Assembly (NCBI RefSeq): GCF_965248875.1
Contig: NZ_CBDFKR010000004.1
Span: 104,151-168,150, forward strand
Origin: Sphingomonas sp.
GTDB taxonomy: Bacteria > Pseudomonadota > Alphaproteobacteria > Sphingomonadales > Sphingomonadaceae
Length of the DNA: 64,000 nt
Reading direction: 5' to 3'
The notes under the pieces: model-generated
The model's input: the letters and a program-made list of their open reading frames with translations, nothing else
Database searches by the model: none
Told to the model about the DNA's origin: nothing
Program-made: the position numbers and the translations under genes
Shown: positions 19,032 to 27,808 of the stretch, in pieces
Numbering within the stretch: the first letter of the stretch is position 1
How the letters are laid out: the number at the start of each line of letters is the position of its first letter

Positions 19032-19140
19032 AACGCCCTAGCCTTGGCATGGGCGATGCCCCGCTATCAAGCTTGCCAGCCGCGCAGACGCCGTGCCAAA
19101 TGCCGGGCGGGCCCGTCCGGCCGCCGGTAACGCTTCATCC

Positions 19141-19869
19141 ATGATCCTTGCATGCCCCGAATGCCAGACCCGCTACCTAGTGCCCGACAGCGCGATCGGC
19201 CGGGACGGGCGCACGGTGCGCTGCGCCAATTGCAGGCATTGCTGGTTCCAGGACGGCGCACCGGTCGACGTCACCGCGCCGCCGCCCGCACCCGTGCCCC
19301 GCCCCGCGCCGACGCCCGTGCAGGCTGTTCCCCCGCCGGCTGCGCCTCCGCCCGACGTCGAGCAGGACGCGCCTGGCCCCGCGGCGGTGGCCACGCCAGC
19401 CGACGACTATGACGCCTTCGCGCATCGGCCGCCGTTCCGGGCGCGGCGCAATCCGATCCGGCGCTGGACGATCGCGGCGCTTGCGGCGGGCGGCCTGATG
19501 CTGGCGGCGGTGGCGGCGATCACCTGGCTCGGCACGCCCGACTTCCTCAGCCAGTTCGGCGTCGCGATCGGGCCGGAGACGAGCCCGCTGCTGATCAGGG
19601 ACAATCCGATCCAGCGCCGCGACCTGGACAACGGCTCGGAGCTGTTCGCCGTCTCCGGGCAGGTGACCAATTCGTCCGCGCAACGTCAGCGCGTGCCCGA
19701 TATCCGCGCCGAGCTGCGCGATGCGCAGGGGCGGCTGGTGTTCAGCTGGACGATCACGCCGCAACAGCGGACGCTGGCGCCGGGCGCGTCGGTCGACTTC
19801 AACTCCGCCAAGCTCGACGTGCCCGCCAATTCGAAGCGGCTGGAGCTGAGCTTCGCCGGCGAAGGCTAA
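19141..19869 (+). CDS. MJ0042-type zinc-ribbon membrane protein (DUF3426-like C-terminus)
   Basis: MILACPECQTRYLVPD..VRCANCRHCW zinc ribbon, Pro-rich linker, one TM helix and a periplasmic C-terminal domain. Confidence 0.75.
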   Translation: MILACPECQTRYLVPDSAIGRDGRTVRCANCRHCWFQDGAPVDVTAPPPAPVPRPAPTPVQAVPPPAAPPPDVEQDAPGPAAVATPADDYDAFAHRPPFRARRNPIRRWTIAALAAGGLMLAAVAAITWLGTPDFLSQFGVAIGPETSPLLIRDNPIQRRDLDNGSELFAVSGQVTNSSAQRQRVPDIRAELRDAQGRLVFSWTITPQQRTLAPGASVDFNSAKLDVPANSKRLELSFAGEG

Positions 19870-19886
19870 GCGCGAGCGGAAGCCGG

Positions 19887-20885
19887 TCAGCCCACCGACG
19901 TGCGATAGGCGCGCCACGCCAGCGCGAGATTGCCGGGCGTCCACCGCGACCGGCTGAGCGAACCGATCCGGTGCGAGAAAAACACCAGGTCCGCCGGGGT
20001 CGCCGCATCGCCTGAAAGCCGGTCGTGCAACGCCCGTCGCATCGCGCCGGGACTGGCGCCCAACGCGAACCATCCGCCCCAACAAAGGTCGGCCAGCTCC
20101 CGAAACAGCTTGCGCCGGTCGGTCGTCAAGGCGCCGGATCGGCCGAGTTGGGCGAAGGTCTGGTACAGCTGCACGCGCCCGGCGGGAACGATGCCGAGGC
20201 TTCCGCGCGCGCGAAACAGCGACAGCGCGCGCGTTCGGCCGCCGGCCGCGCCGACGTCGCCGTTCATCTGATTGCCGCCGTGAATGCGATGCTGCACGAG
20301 CGCATCGCCGACATAGATCAGACCGGTCGAGAACAGCGCCTCCAGACCCAGCGCCTGATCGAAGGGAAGCGCGCCGTAGAAACTTCCGCTATCCAGCCAC
20401 GACCGCCGGATCACCGCGGCGTGGGCCGAAACCAGCGGCACGAACAGCGCGGTCAGAGGGCCGACCCGGGCGGCATCCACCCCCTTCGCCTCCAGGACCG
20501 ACCGGCCCAGGTCGGCGCCGTCGCCGTCAATGAGTTGCGATCGCCCGAGCGCCAACGCCCGGTCGCCGATCGCGGCGAGCAGCCGCGCGTTGCGGTCCGG
20601 CCCCCAGACATCGTCCTGATCGGCGATCGCCACGAACTCGCCCCGCGCCGCATCGATCAGCTCGATCAGCCTGCGATTCTGGCCGCGATTGCCCTGGGCG
20701 GGCAGCCGCCGGATGCGCCGGTCCGCCTGGGCGTAGGCATCGAGGATCGCGACGGTCTCGTCGGTCGAGCCGTCGTCGATCGCCAGCAGCTCGAAATCGG
20801 GGTCGCTCTGCGCCAGGATCGAGTCGAGCTGCGGCCGCAGAAACCGTGCGCCATTCCAGGTCGGGAGGACGACCGACAGCTTCAT
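19887..20885 (-). CDS. Glycosyltransferase family 2
   Basis: MKLSVVLPTWNGARFL..LAIDDGSTDET..IADQDDVW (GT-A DxD). ATGA overlap with the flippase gene. Confidence 0.85.
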   Translation of the reverse strand: MKLSVVLPTWNGARFLRPQLDSILAQSDPDFELLAIDDGSTDETVAILDAYAQADRRIRRLPAQGNRGQNRRLIELIDAARGEFVAIADQDDVWGPDRNARLLAAIGDRALALGRSQLIDGDGADLGRSVLEAKGVDAARVGPLTALFVPLVSAHAAVIRRSWLDSGSFYGALPFDQALGLEALFSTGLIYVGDALVQHRIHGGNQMNGDVGAAGGRTRALSLFRARGSLGIVPAGRVQLYQTFAQLGRSGALTTDRRKLFRELADLCWGGWFALGASPGAMRRALHDRLSGDAATPADLVFFSHRIGSLSRSRWTPGNLALAWRAYRTSVG

Positions 20886-22330
20886 CGCGACCCCATCAGC
20901 ACGCGCGCCTTTGACCAGACCAGCCGCATCTCGGCCAGCAATGGATGGTCGCGTGCCGCCAGCACCCCCAGCCAGCCGCCCACGCCCAGCACGATGCCGG
21001 CGATCACCCGCGGCAGCGGCGCGTCGGCGGCCCAGCCGCTCCACGCCATGATGACGAACGCCGGCGTGATCGCGGCCGCGGCGAGCAACAGGCTTTCGGC
21101 GAACACCCGCTCCAGTTCGCCCTGCTCCACACCCGCCAGCCGGTCGACCTGCGGCCGATACAGCAGATAGCCGACGATCGCCTCGCCCACCCGGCCGATT
21201 GCAGCCGCCGTGATGCTGTACAGGCAGCCGACGCTGAACATGGCGAGGCCGACCACGGCGCGGAACAGCTCGAACCGGGCCTGTCGCCCCGTTTCCCGGC
21301 GCAGCACGAACAGCTCCCAGGCCATGCCATAGCCCAGCGCGACGAACTGGCCGATCATCAGCAGCGCCAGCGGGACGGCGGCGGGCAGCCATCGCTCGCC
21401 GTACAGGCGGAACACCAGCGGCCTGGCCAGCACCGCGACCCCGAGCATGACCGGCCACATGATAGCGGTGATCATCTTCATGCTGAGCAGATAGGTTTCG
21501 TGCAGCGTGTCCTTGCGCCGCAGGTCTTCCGCCATTCGGGAGAACACGGCGCCGGTCGCCTGACCATAGACGCTGGTCCACATGAGATTGGCGAGGTTCG
21601 AGGCGCGCGAATACAGTCCCAGCGCCGCGAGCCCCAGCAGCCGCCCCAGCACGATGTCCGATGCGCGTTGCGCGATCTGGGCGACGCCGCCGATCGACAG
21701 CATCTGTAATCCGAAGACGAGCACCGGCCGGAACCCGCGCCGGGTCGGCCGGAAAATCACGTCCTGCCAGCGCGCCGCCGTATAATAGGTTGCCGTGAAC
21801 ACCGTCGCCACGACCGGACCCAGCGTCGGACTGAGCGCGCCCAGGCCGCCATAGGCGCAGGCCAGGATAACGGCGACATTGATCACCGTGCGATAGATGC
21901 CGACCTGCGACATCGCCGCATAGTTTAGCTCGCGCGCATACAAGGCGACCGGGATGAATTCGAAGATCTGCAGCAGCGGCAGCACGCTGCCGACCAGCAG
22001 GATCAGCGCGATCTGCGGCTCGTCCAGCACGAACCGCTCAACGGCGGCGATCGCGATCACCAGCACCGTCAGCAACACGTTCATCGCCGCATTGAGCGTG
22101 AACACGGATCGAACATCATTTTTGTCGAGCTCGCCCTCGCGCACGATGTAGCTGACGAGGTTCAACTGCGTGAACACCGCGAGCACGCCCGTCACCGCCA
22201 CCGCAAAGGCGAAGGTGCCCATCTCTCGCGGGCTCAGCAGCCGCGCGAGAACGACCGAGCTGATGAAGTTCAGGACGAGGGTGAACGCCTGGCTGCCATA
22301 AGACCAGGCCAGCGATTTGCGGATCGACAT
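20882..22330 (-). CDS. Polysaccharide flippase (Wzx-like, MOP superfamily)
   Basis: About 12-14 TM helices with N-terminus SLAWSYGSQAFTLVLNFISSVVLARLLSPREMG, typical of oligosaccharide flippases. Confidence 0.8.
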   Translation of the reverse strand: MSIRKSLAWSYGSQAFTLVLNFISSVVLARLLSPREMGTFAFAVAVTGVLAVFTQLNLVSYIVREGELDKNDVRSVFTLNAAMNVLLTVLVIAIAAVERFVLDEPQIALILLVGSVLPLLQIFEFIPVALYARELNYAAMSQVGIYRTVINVAVILACAYGGLGALSPTLGPVVATVFTATYYTAARWQDVIFRPTRRGFRPVLVFGLQMLSIGGVAQIAQRASDIVLGRLLGLAALGLYSRASNLANLMWTSVYGQATGAVFSRMAEDLRRKDTLHETYLLSMKMITAIMWPVMLGVAVLARPLVFRLYGERWLPAAVPLALLMIGQFVALGYGMAWELFVLRRETGRQARFELFRAVVGLAMFSVGCLYSITAAAIGRVGEAIVGYLLYRPQVDRLAGVEQGELERVFAESLLLAAAAITPAFVIMAWSGWAADAPLPRVIAGIVLGVGGWLGVLAARDHPLLAEMRLVWSKARVLMGSR

Positions 22331-22528
22331 GCCGACGCTACTCTTGACGGGCGAAAACCGTTGAACGGACAGGCCACGGTCTGTCCAAGTCGGCCGTTCG
22401 CGCTCGGGTAGCGGCAAAAGCGTGGGGCTGGAAGCGAATTGGCGCGCCGCCGCTGCCGGTGTCCCGCATGCCAGAAACCGCGGCCTTTTGTTTTTCTATC
22501 AGGTCGTTACACATCATCGAAACGCAGG

Positions 22529-23683
22529 GTGCTGCCCCGTTTGAGCGGACCGGTCGGCAGAGGGAAGCCCGTGGATCGAAACAATATCGGGTTGATGCGG
22601 CTGTCGTTGGCGACGATGGTGATCGTCGGCCACGCTTCCGAGCTGACCGACGGTGATCGCAGTCGCGAGCCGCTGACCCAAGTCTTGCCCTTCACCTCAC
22701 TCGGCGAAACGGCGGTCAGCGGATTTTTCCTGCTGAGCGGTTACCTGATCACGAAGAGCATGCTTCGTCAGGGCGATGTCGCAATCTACTTGGTGCATCG
22801 CCTCCTGCGGATCGTGCCCGGCTTTGCCGTCGCCTACCTGGTCAGCTTTTACCTGTTCGGTCTGGGTCTCGGGGTGAACATCTGGCCGTATCAGACCGAC
22901 GCGCTCGTCAACATGGCGGCGCTGCGGGAGACCCCGTTGATGCCGCTGATGCCGGCCAAGCTTGCCATTCCCTATCCGACGTTGAACGGTGCGCTGTGGA
23001 CGATCTCCTATGAGTTCCGTTGCTACCTGTTGGTCGCTGTCCTGTGGATGGCCGGCGTGCTCGGCCAGCGGCGAGCGATGTTGATCATCGCGGCTGTGCT
23101 CGTGCTGTCCACCACGCTGACGGGCTCCTGGACGACGGCGCACGCGCTGGAATATCCGGGGCGGAACCGGGTTGTCGATCTCCTGGTCGGCCGGATAACG
23201 ATGGACATCAGGTTCATGGCGACATTCATGGTCGGCGCATGCTGCTATCTCTGGCGTGACGAGGTTGACAGGTGGCTGACCGGCCGGCTGGCGCTCGCCT
23301 CATTGTGTCTGGCGATCATCGCCTTCCAGTTTCAGCATAGCGCGCCCGTAGCGGGTGCAGCATTGCTGGCGCTGCCGGTGTTCTGGCTGGCGTTCAAGGT
23401 ACGGCTGGGGCCTTTGCGACGGATCAACGAGCGGTTCGACATCAGCTACGGGACCTATCTGTACGGCTTTCCGTTCGCGATCGCGCTGATCCTGCTGCTG
23501 CCGCATGCGACGCCCTTCATCCTGCGCGTTGCCGGCGTCCCGCTGGCGTGGATCGCGGGGACGCTGAGCTGGTTCGGGGTCGAGCGGCCGATGCAGCTGC
23601 TGGCCAAGCGGATCACGCGCAAGCGGCTTGACGGCGAGGCCCGGTTCCGACACCCGGCCGCGGACGCCCGTCATGCCTCCTGA
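22529..23683 (+). CDS. Acyltransferase family 3 (polysaccharide O-acyltransferase)
   Basis: NNIGLMRLSLATMVIVGH (TM1 His), FFLLSGYLI and LWTISYEFRCY motifs, about 10 TM helices. The start is uncertain (GTG 22529; the track ORF starts at 22439). Confidence 0.75.
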   Translation: MLPRLSGPVGRGKPVDRNNIGLMRLSLATMVIVGHASELTDGDRSREPLTQVLPFTSLGETAVSGFFLLSGYLITKSMLRQGDVAIYLVHRLLRIVPGFAVAYLVSFYLFGLGLGVNIWPYQTDALVNMAALRETPLMPLMPAKLAIPYPTLNGALWTISYEFRCYLLVAVLWMAGVLGQRRAMLIIAAVLVLSTTLTGSWTTAHALEYPGRNRVVDLLVGRITMDIRFMATFMVGACCYLWRDEVDRWLTGRLALASLCLAIIAFQFQHSAPVAGAALLALPVFWLAFKVRLGPLRRINERFDISYGTYLYGFPFAIALILLLPHATPFILRVAGVPLAWIAGTLSWFGVERPMQLLAKRITRKRLDGEARFRHPAADARHAS

Positions 23684-24716
23684 TCGCCAGCCGGCCGGCG
23701 CGGCCGCAACCATCCTCCTCTTCTACGACGGCTATGAGTTAAAGGCGCGGGAGGCGTGGGGGGCGCGCCTCTATCACCGCGGCCGCAGTCTCGCCCGCGC
23801 GATCTGGCGGCGCGCGCGGGGAAAGCAGGTGGCGACGGGATTCCATGCCGCCTTTGTGGCGCTGGCCGATGGCCTGCGTCAGCTCGGCTGCGTCGTCCGG
23901 ATCAATGATTTCGCGACGGCGCGCGCACGCCCCGATTACCCGATCGGCATCGCCGGCTATCCCAGCGTCCTCCAGGAAGTCGATCTGCCCAACCCGGTGA
24001 TCTTCGGTCCCGGCGATCCCGGCTATCCCGATACCGCCGGTGCCTGGGCCAGGCGTCCCAACGTCATGCGCATCATCCAGCCGTCGGACTGGTTCGTCGA
24101 CTATTACCGGCCTTATTGCGGCGACAAGATGCTGCGCTGTCCGGTCGGCATCGACGTCGCGGCGCTGCCCGATGTCCGCGACGCGGCCAAGCAGGTCGAC
24201 GTGCTGATCTACGACAAGATCAGGTGGCATCAGGCGGAGCGCGTCCCGGCGGTGCGCGACCGGCTGGTCCGCAAGCTGGAGGCTGATGGCCGCAGCTACG
24301 CGATCCTCCATTATGGCGGCCACACCCAGCCGGCCTATTTCGCCGCCCTGCGCCGGTCGCGTGCGATGGCGTTCCTGTGCGAGCATGAGACGCAGGGGCT
24401 CGCCTGCGAGGAGGCGCTGGCGATGAACGTTCCCGTCTTCGCCTGGGAGGAAGGAGCGCTGGTCGACCCGCGCCAGCTGCCCTTTGCGGCGCCCGACCTG
24501 AAGGTCAGCAGCGTGCCCTATTTCGACGAGAATTGTGGCCTGACCTTCTCGCTCGCCGACATGGAGGAGCGCTGGGAGACGTTCTGGGGTGCGCTCGACG
24601 GCTACCGGCCGCGCGCCTATATCGAACGGACGCTGCGCCCGGCCGACGCCGCGCGCGTCTATCTCGACGCCTATCGGGCGCTTATCCCCGCGCAGTCAGT
24701 CCCGCCAAGCGGATAA
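23673..24716 (+). CDS. Putative GT-B fold glycosyltransferase (GT1/GT4-like)
   Basis: C-terminal EHETQGLACEEALAMNVPVFAW resembles the GT4 E-x7-E nucleotide-sugar motif. It overlaps the acyltransferase stop. Assignment rests on motifs only. Confidence 0.5.
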   Translation: MPPDRQPAGAAATILLFYDGYELKAREAWGARLYHRGRSLARAIWRRARGKQVATGFHAAFVALADGLRQLGCVVRINDFATARARPDYPIGIAGYPSVLQEVDLPNPVIFGPGDPGYPDTAGAWARRPNVMRIIQPSDWFVDYYRPYCGDKMLRCPVGIDVAALPDVRDAAKQVDVLIYDKIRWHQAERVPAVRDRLVRKLEADGRSYAILHYGGHTQPAYFAALRRSRAMAFLCEHETQGLACEEALAMNVPVFAWEEGALVDPRQLPFAAPDLKVSSVPYFDENCGLTFSLADMEERWETFWGALDGYRPRAYIERTLRPADAARVYLDAYRALIPAQSVPPSG

Positions 24717-24726
24717 CGCCAGTGCG

Positions 24727-25293
24727 CTACGCCCAGGCGACGGCCGTCCGGACCTTCGCGCGGCGCCGCAGCCCGGCGCCGATCACGCCGAACCCGACGA
24801 TCATCATAGCCCAGGCGCCGGGCTCCGGCACCGCGCCCACCGTCAGCGGCGTCAGCGTGAACCTGCTGACCGTCTGGCTGCTCTGCAGACCGAACGGGTC
24901 GGACGTCAGATAGCGGTATTCGGTATACAGGCCCGACGGCCCGCCCCCGCTTTCGGCGGTCGGCGAGGTGATGTTGTAGCTGAACGCGCCGATCTGGTAG
25001 GTCAGACCGGCGCTGCTGACATAGGCGGCGCTGCGATTGGGGAACAGCAGCTGGTCGCCCTCGTCGACATCGAAAAAGTCTTGGAATCCCGTGATCGCCA
25101 TGCCGTTGCGAAATCCGGTGACGTTGACGACGTTGAGCGACCCCGCGGCAAAGCCCGGACCATTGGTGAAGATCGTGCCGTTGGCGATCTGGGTGCCGTT
25201 GAAGCTGTAGCTGAAGGCGTAATTCTGCGCGGCGGCGGGTGCTGCGGCCAGCGCGGCGGCGGCAATGACGGTCGCGACGATCAGGCTACGCAT
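24727..25293 (-). CDS. PEPxxWA-CTERM sorting-domain surface protein
   Basis: Signal peptide MRSLIVATVIAAAALAAAPAAAQ. C-terminus VPEPGAWAMMIVGFGVIGAGLRRRAK (PEP motif, TM helix, Arg cluster). Confidence 0.8.
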   Translation of the reverse strand: MRSLIVATVIAAAALAAAPAAAQNYAFSYSFNGTQIANGTIFTNGPGFAAGSLNVVNVTGFRNGMAITGFQDFFDVDEGDQLLFPNRSAAYVSSAGLTYQIGAFSYNITSPTAESGGGPSGLYTEYRYLTSDPFGLQSSQTVSRFTLTPLTVGAVPEPGAWAMMIVGFGVIGAGLRRRAKVRTAVAWA

Positions 25294-25296
25294 CAG

Positions 25297-25328
25297 TTTT
25301 CTCCCTTGTCACGCTGATAGGGAGAAAA
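25297..25328 (-). promoter_or_regulatory. Perfect 10-bp hairpin sequestering the Shine-Dalgarno of the PEPxxWA gene
   Basis: The mRNA reads UUUUCUCCCU-(12 nt)-AGGGAGAAAA-CUG-AUG. The 3' arm contains the only SD-like sequence before the ATG at 25293. Confidence 0.4.
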
Positions 25329-25372
25329 TTAACCGCGAGTCCAGCGCGCCCGCCGTCGCCTCTGCGTCAAAA

Positions 25373-25459
25373 TGGTGCGGTCGAGAAGACTCGAACTTCC
25401 ACGCCCTTTCGGGCACAGCCACCTCAAGGCTGCGCGTCTACCAATTCCGCCACGACCGC
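25373..25459 (-). tRNA. tRNA-Leu (anticodon GAG)
   Basis: 87 nt: GCGGTCG acceptor stem paired with CGACCGC, A discriminator plus encoded CCA, D-arm GGCGGAATTGGTAGACGC, anticodon stem CAGCC/GGCTG with loop TTGAGGT, long variable arm, and T-loop GTTCGAGTC. Confidence 0.9.
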
Positions 25460-25541
25460 ACGTGAGCCCCACTCCAGGAGAGCAGGTGGCAGGAGCGGCG
25501 CGGTAGCAGCGCGGACGGCGGTACGCAACGCCCGGCTCGGT

Positions 25542-26819
25542 TCACAACAGGCGGGCAGCCTTACGACGCGCGCGGCGCGCGAAGTCGACGATCCGGTGGC
25601 GGGGTGAGGGCGACGCTCTGAACGCCGGCGGCGGATAGGCCGGTGCGTCTTCGGGTGCCGCATCGGCGTGTTCGAAGCCGTCGAGCGCGCGGCGGGTCTC
25701 GGCCAGATAGGCATGACCGAAATGGCGGTCGGGCTCCAGATAGGCGCCCTCCGCCCACTCGTTCCAGGCGTTGATGAAGACGAGGCGGGCGTCGCCGCTG
25801 TTATCCTCGCAGGTGCGACGGCTCGCGGCGCGAAGCCAGGCACCGTATCGCGCGGGGGTCGACCCGTAGAAGCCCAGGCTGGCGCGGCCCTTCCGCGCTT
25901 CATTGTCCCAGCAGGGCGCGACGCACGGAAACAGCTGGTAGTCGCCGCCGCGGTTCTCCAGCAGCCGTTGCGCCATCGCCGCATAGTCGATCGCCGTGCC
26001 CGCGAAAGCCGGATCGAGCAGCTGCAACGACGCACGATCATTGGGCAGGCTCCACGGGCCGCCGTGCGGCGGGAAGCCGGCGGCGGCGTCCATCCCAAAC
26101 GGGCGCGGGTCGTAGGCCTCGAACACCTGCGGCATGACGATCAGCGGATCGGGCAGGCCGGCACGCACGATCCGGTCGCGGATCGCGTCCATCGTGCGCC
26201 GCGGCTCGGGCATGTCGCCGGGCCGGTAGATCAGCAGCAGCGGGCGCCCGCCGACGGTGATGTAGCGCGGGTCCGCCAGCGCGGGCAGGATCGATTCGGC
26301 AAAGGCGATGTCGTCGCCCGGCGCGTAGCGCTGTTCCATCAGGATATCGCTCTCGCTGCCATCCCAGCGTCGCGACCAGCTCTCGTTCGCCCAGTTGAGG
26401 CAGAAGGGCAGGTCGATGTCGGGGTTGGCGAGCAGCAGGTCGAGCGGCTTTTCCAGCAGCCGCACGCCGCTGAACCAGTAATGGTGGATGCAGAAGCCGT
26501 GGACGCCGGCGCGCTTTGCCAATTCGGCCTGGCGGCGCAGCACCCCGGCATCGCGCAGGTCGTAAAAGCCCAGATCGGCCGGGCAGCGGGGCTGGTAATG
26601 ACCGACATAGCGCGGCAAGCCGCCGGTCACGTTGGTCCATTCGGTGAAACCCGCCCCCCACCAGCGGTCGTTTTCTGCGATTGGGTGGAATTGCGGCAGG
26701 TAATAGGCGATGTAACGCGCGGCCGGCGCGACCGGCGCCGCAGCGGGCAAAGCGGACTCGGCTTCGAACAGCGGGCCGCGCTGGCGATAAAAGCGGTAAT
26801 GATCATGAAACGCGGTCAT
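25542..26819 (-). CDS. WbsX-type / glycoside hydrolase family 99-like domain protein
   Basis: YIAYYLPQFHPIAENDRWWGAGFTEWTNV and ..FCIHHYWF.. are the characteristic WbsX-family N-terminal motifs. Confidence 0.75.
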   Translation of the reverse strand: MTAFHDHYRFYRQRGPLFEAESALPAAAPVAPAARYIAYYLPQFHPIAENDRWWGAGFTEWTNVTGGLPRYVGHYQPRCPADLGFYDLRDAGVLRRQAELAKRAGVHGFCIHHYWFSGVRLLEKPLDLLLANPDIDLPFCLNWANESWSRRWDGSESDILMEQRYAPGDDIAFAESILPALADPRYITVGGRPLLLIYRPGDMPEPRRTMDAIRDRIVRAGLPDPLIVMPQVFEAYDPRPFGMDAAAGFPPHGGPWSLPNDRASLQLLDPAFAGTAIDYAAMAQRLLENRGGDYQLFPCVAPCWDNEARKGRASLGFYGSTPARYGAWLRAASRRTCEDNSGDARLVFINAWNEWAEGAYLEPDRHFGHAYLAETRRALDGFEHADAAPEDAPAYPPPAFRASPSPRHRIVDFARRARRKAARLL

Positions 26820-26881
26820 CGCGCCGCGCTATCGCCCAAAAACCATAAGAAAGCATCGTGTCTTGCGGCGCGTGTTGGCGC

Positions 26882-27808
26882 TCATCCGCCGACGCTGCGC
26901 CGATAGCCCCGCACCGGCGCCCCGGTCGCGAGCGCCAGGCGGCGGAGCGCCATCTTCAGCCCGTCCCTGAGCGCGGGCAGTCCCGTCTCGCGTTCGCGCG
27001 CGGCATAGATCGCCGCCAGCGATGCGGGCGAGCGGTCGGCCATGCCTGCCTTGACCAGCGCGGGCAGCCGCGGGTCGAAGCGCTGCTTCGCCGCCTGCGG
27101 CCAGTAATGGTAGACCGTGTCGGCGGCCTCGGTCAGGCGGCAATCGGCAAACGCGACGCCCATCGCGAACTGCTCGGCATGGTGGACCTTGCGGCCATAT
27201 GCCCCCACGGGATCGGCACCGGCCCAGATCGCATCGCTGAGCGCCAGCGCCGCACGCACGCGCGGCAGGTCGTCGGCATGAACGCCGATCACGCCGGTGT
27301 TCCACATCGGGGTACGCCGGTCGACGACGATGCGCTCGCGCGACGGCAGCCGGTAGTCGCCGGCCCGGAGCTGACGCGCGAGCGCATCGTCCGGGGGCGT
27401 GCCGGTCTGCGTGAGATAACCCTCGCAGAGGTGAAAGCAGGCGCGGCCCGGTCCGGCGCGCCGGAACATGGCGTCGGGCGCGCGACGGAACCAGGTGTCC
27501 GAATCGATCAGGAACACGCGCTCGCCGAACCGCTCCAGCGCGTCGATCAGCATGCAGCTCTTGCGACGGTGGACGTAATCGCTGTCGCCAAGCCAGGTGT
27601 CCAGCGTGGCCTGATCGAGCGGCACCATCTCGACCGGCAGCCTCGCGAAGTCCGCCGGCCGATCGCTGTAGACGACGATCCGGCACCCGCTCGGCACCCC
27701 GCCGCTGACGTGGAGCAGCGACAGGATCGAATAGATCGCCTGATCGCACACCCCCTTCGATCCGTAGCAGAAATAGGCCAGCACCGGCCCGGCGGGAGGG
27801 GAGGTCAT
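26882..27808 (-). CDS. Hypothetical protein, possibly a GT-A-like nucleotide-sugar transferase
   Basis: No recognised family. Contains a DxD-like FLIDSDTWF. ATGA overlap with the upstream GT2 gene, so it is co-translated within the locus. Confidence 0.45.
   Translation of the reverse strand: MTSPPAGPVLAYFCYGSKGVCDQAIYSILSLLHVSGGVPSGCRIVVYSDRPADFARLPVEMVPLDQATLDTWLGDSDYVHRRKSCMLIDALERFGERVFLIDSDTWFRRAPDAMFRRAGPGRACFHLCEGYLTQTGTPPDDALARQLRAGDYRLPSRERIVVDRRTPMWNTGVIGVHADDLPRVRAALALSDAIWAGADPVGAYGRKVHHAEQFAMGVAFADCRLTEAADTVYHYWPQAAKQRFDPRLPALVKAGMADRSPASLAAIYAARERETGLPALRDGLKMALRRLALATGAPVRGYRRSVGG

Noticed and set aside
19045-19059. Sigma-54-like element TGGCAT-N5-ATGC upstream of the zinc-ribbon gene
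   Set aside because: It is a single imperfect match (ATGC instead of TTGC) with no enhancer-binding-protein context. It could easily arise by chance in this composition.
19887-25459. tRNA-flanked genomic island carrying the first block of EPS genes
   Set aside because: No integrase, no recognisable direct repeat of the tRNA 3' end, and no mobility genes were seen. It is kept only as a low-weight hypothesis under the tRNA finding.
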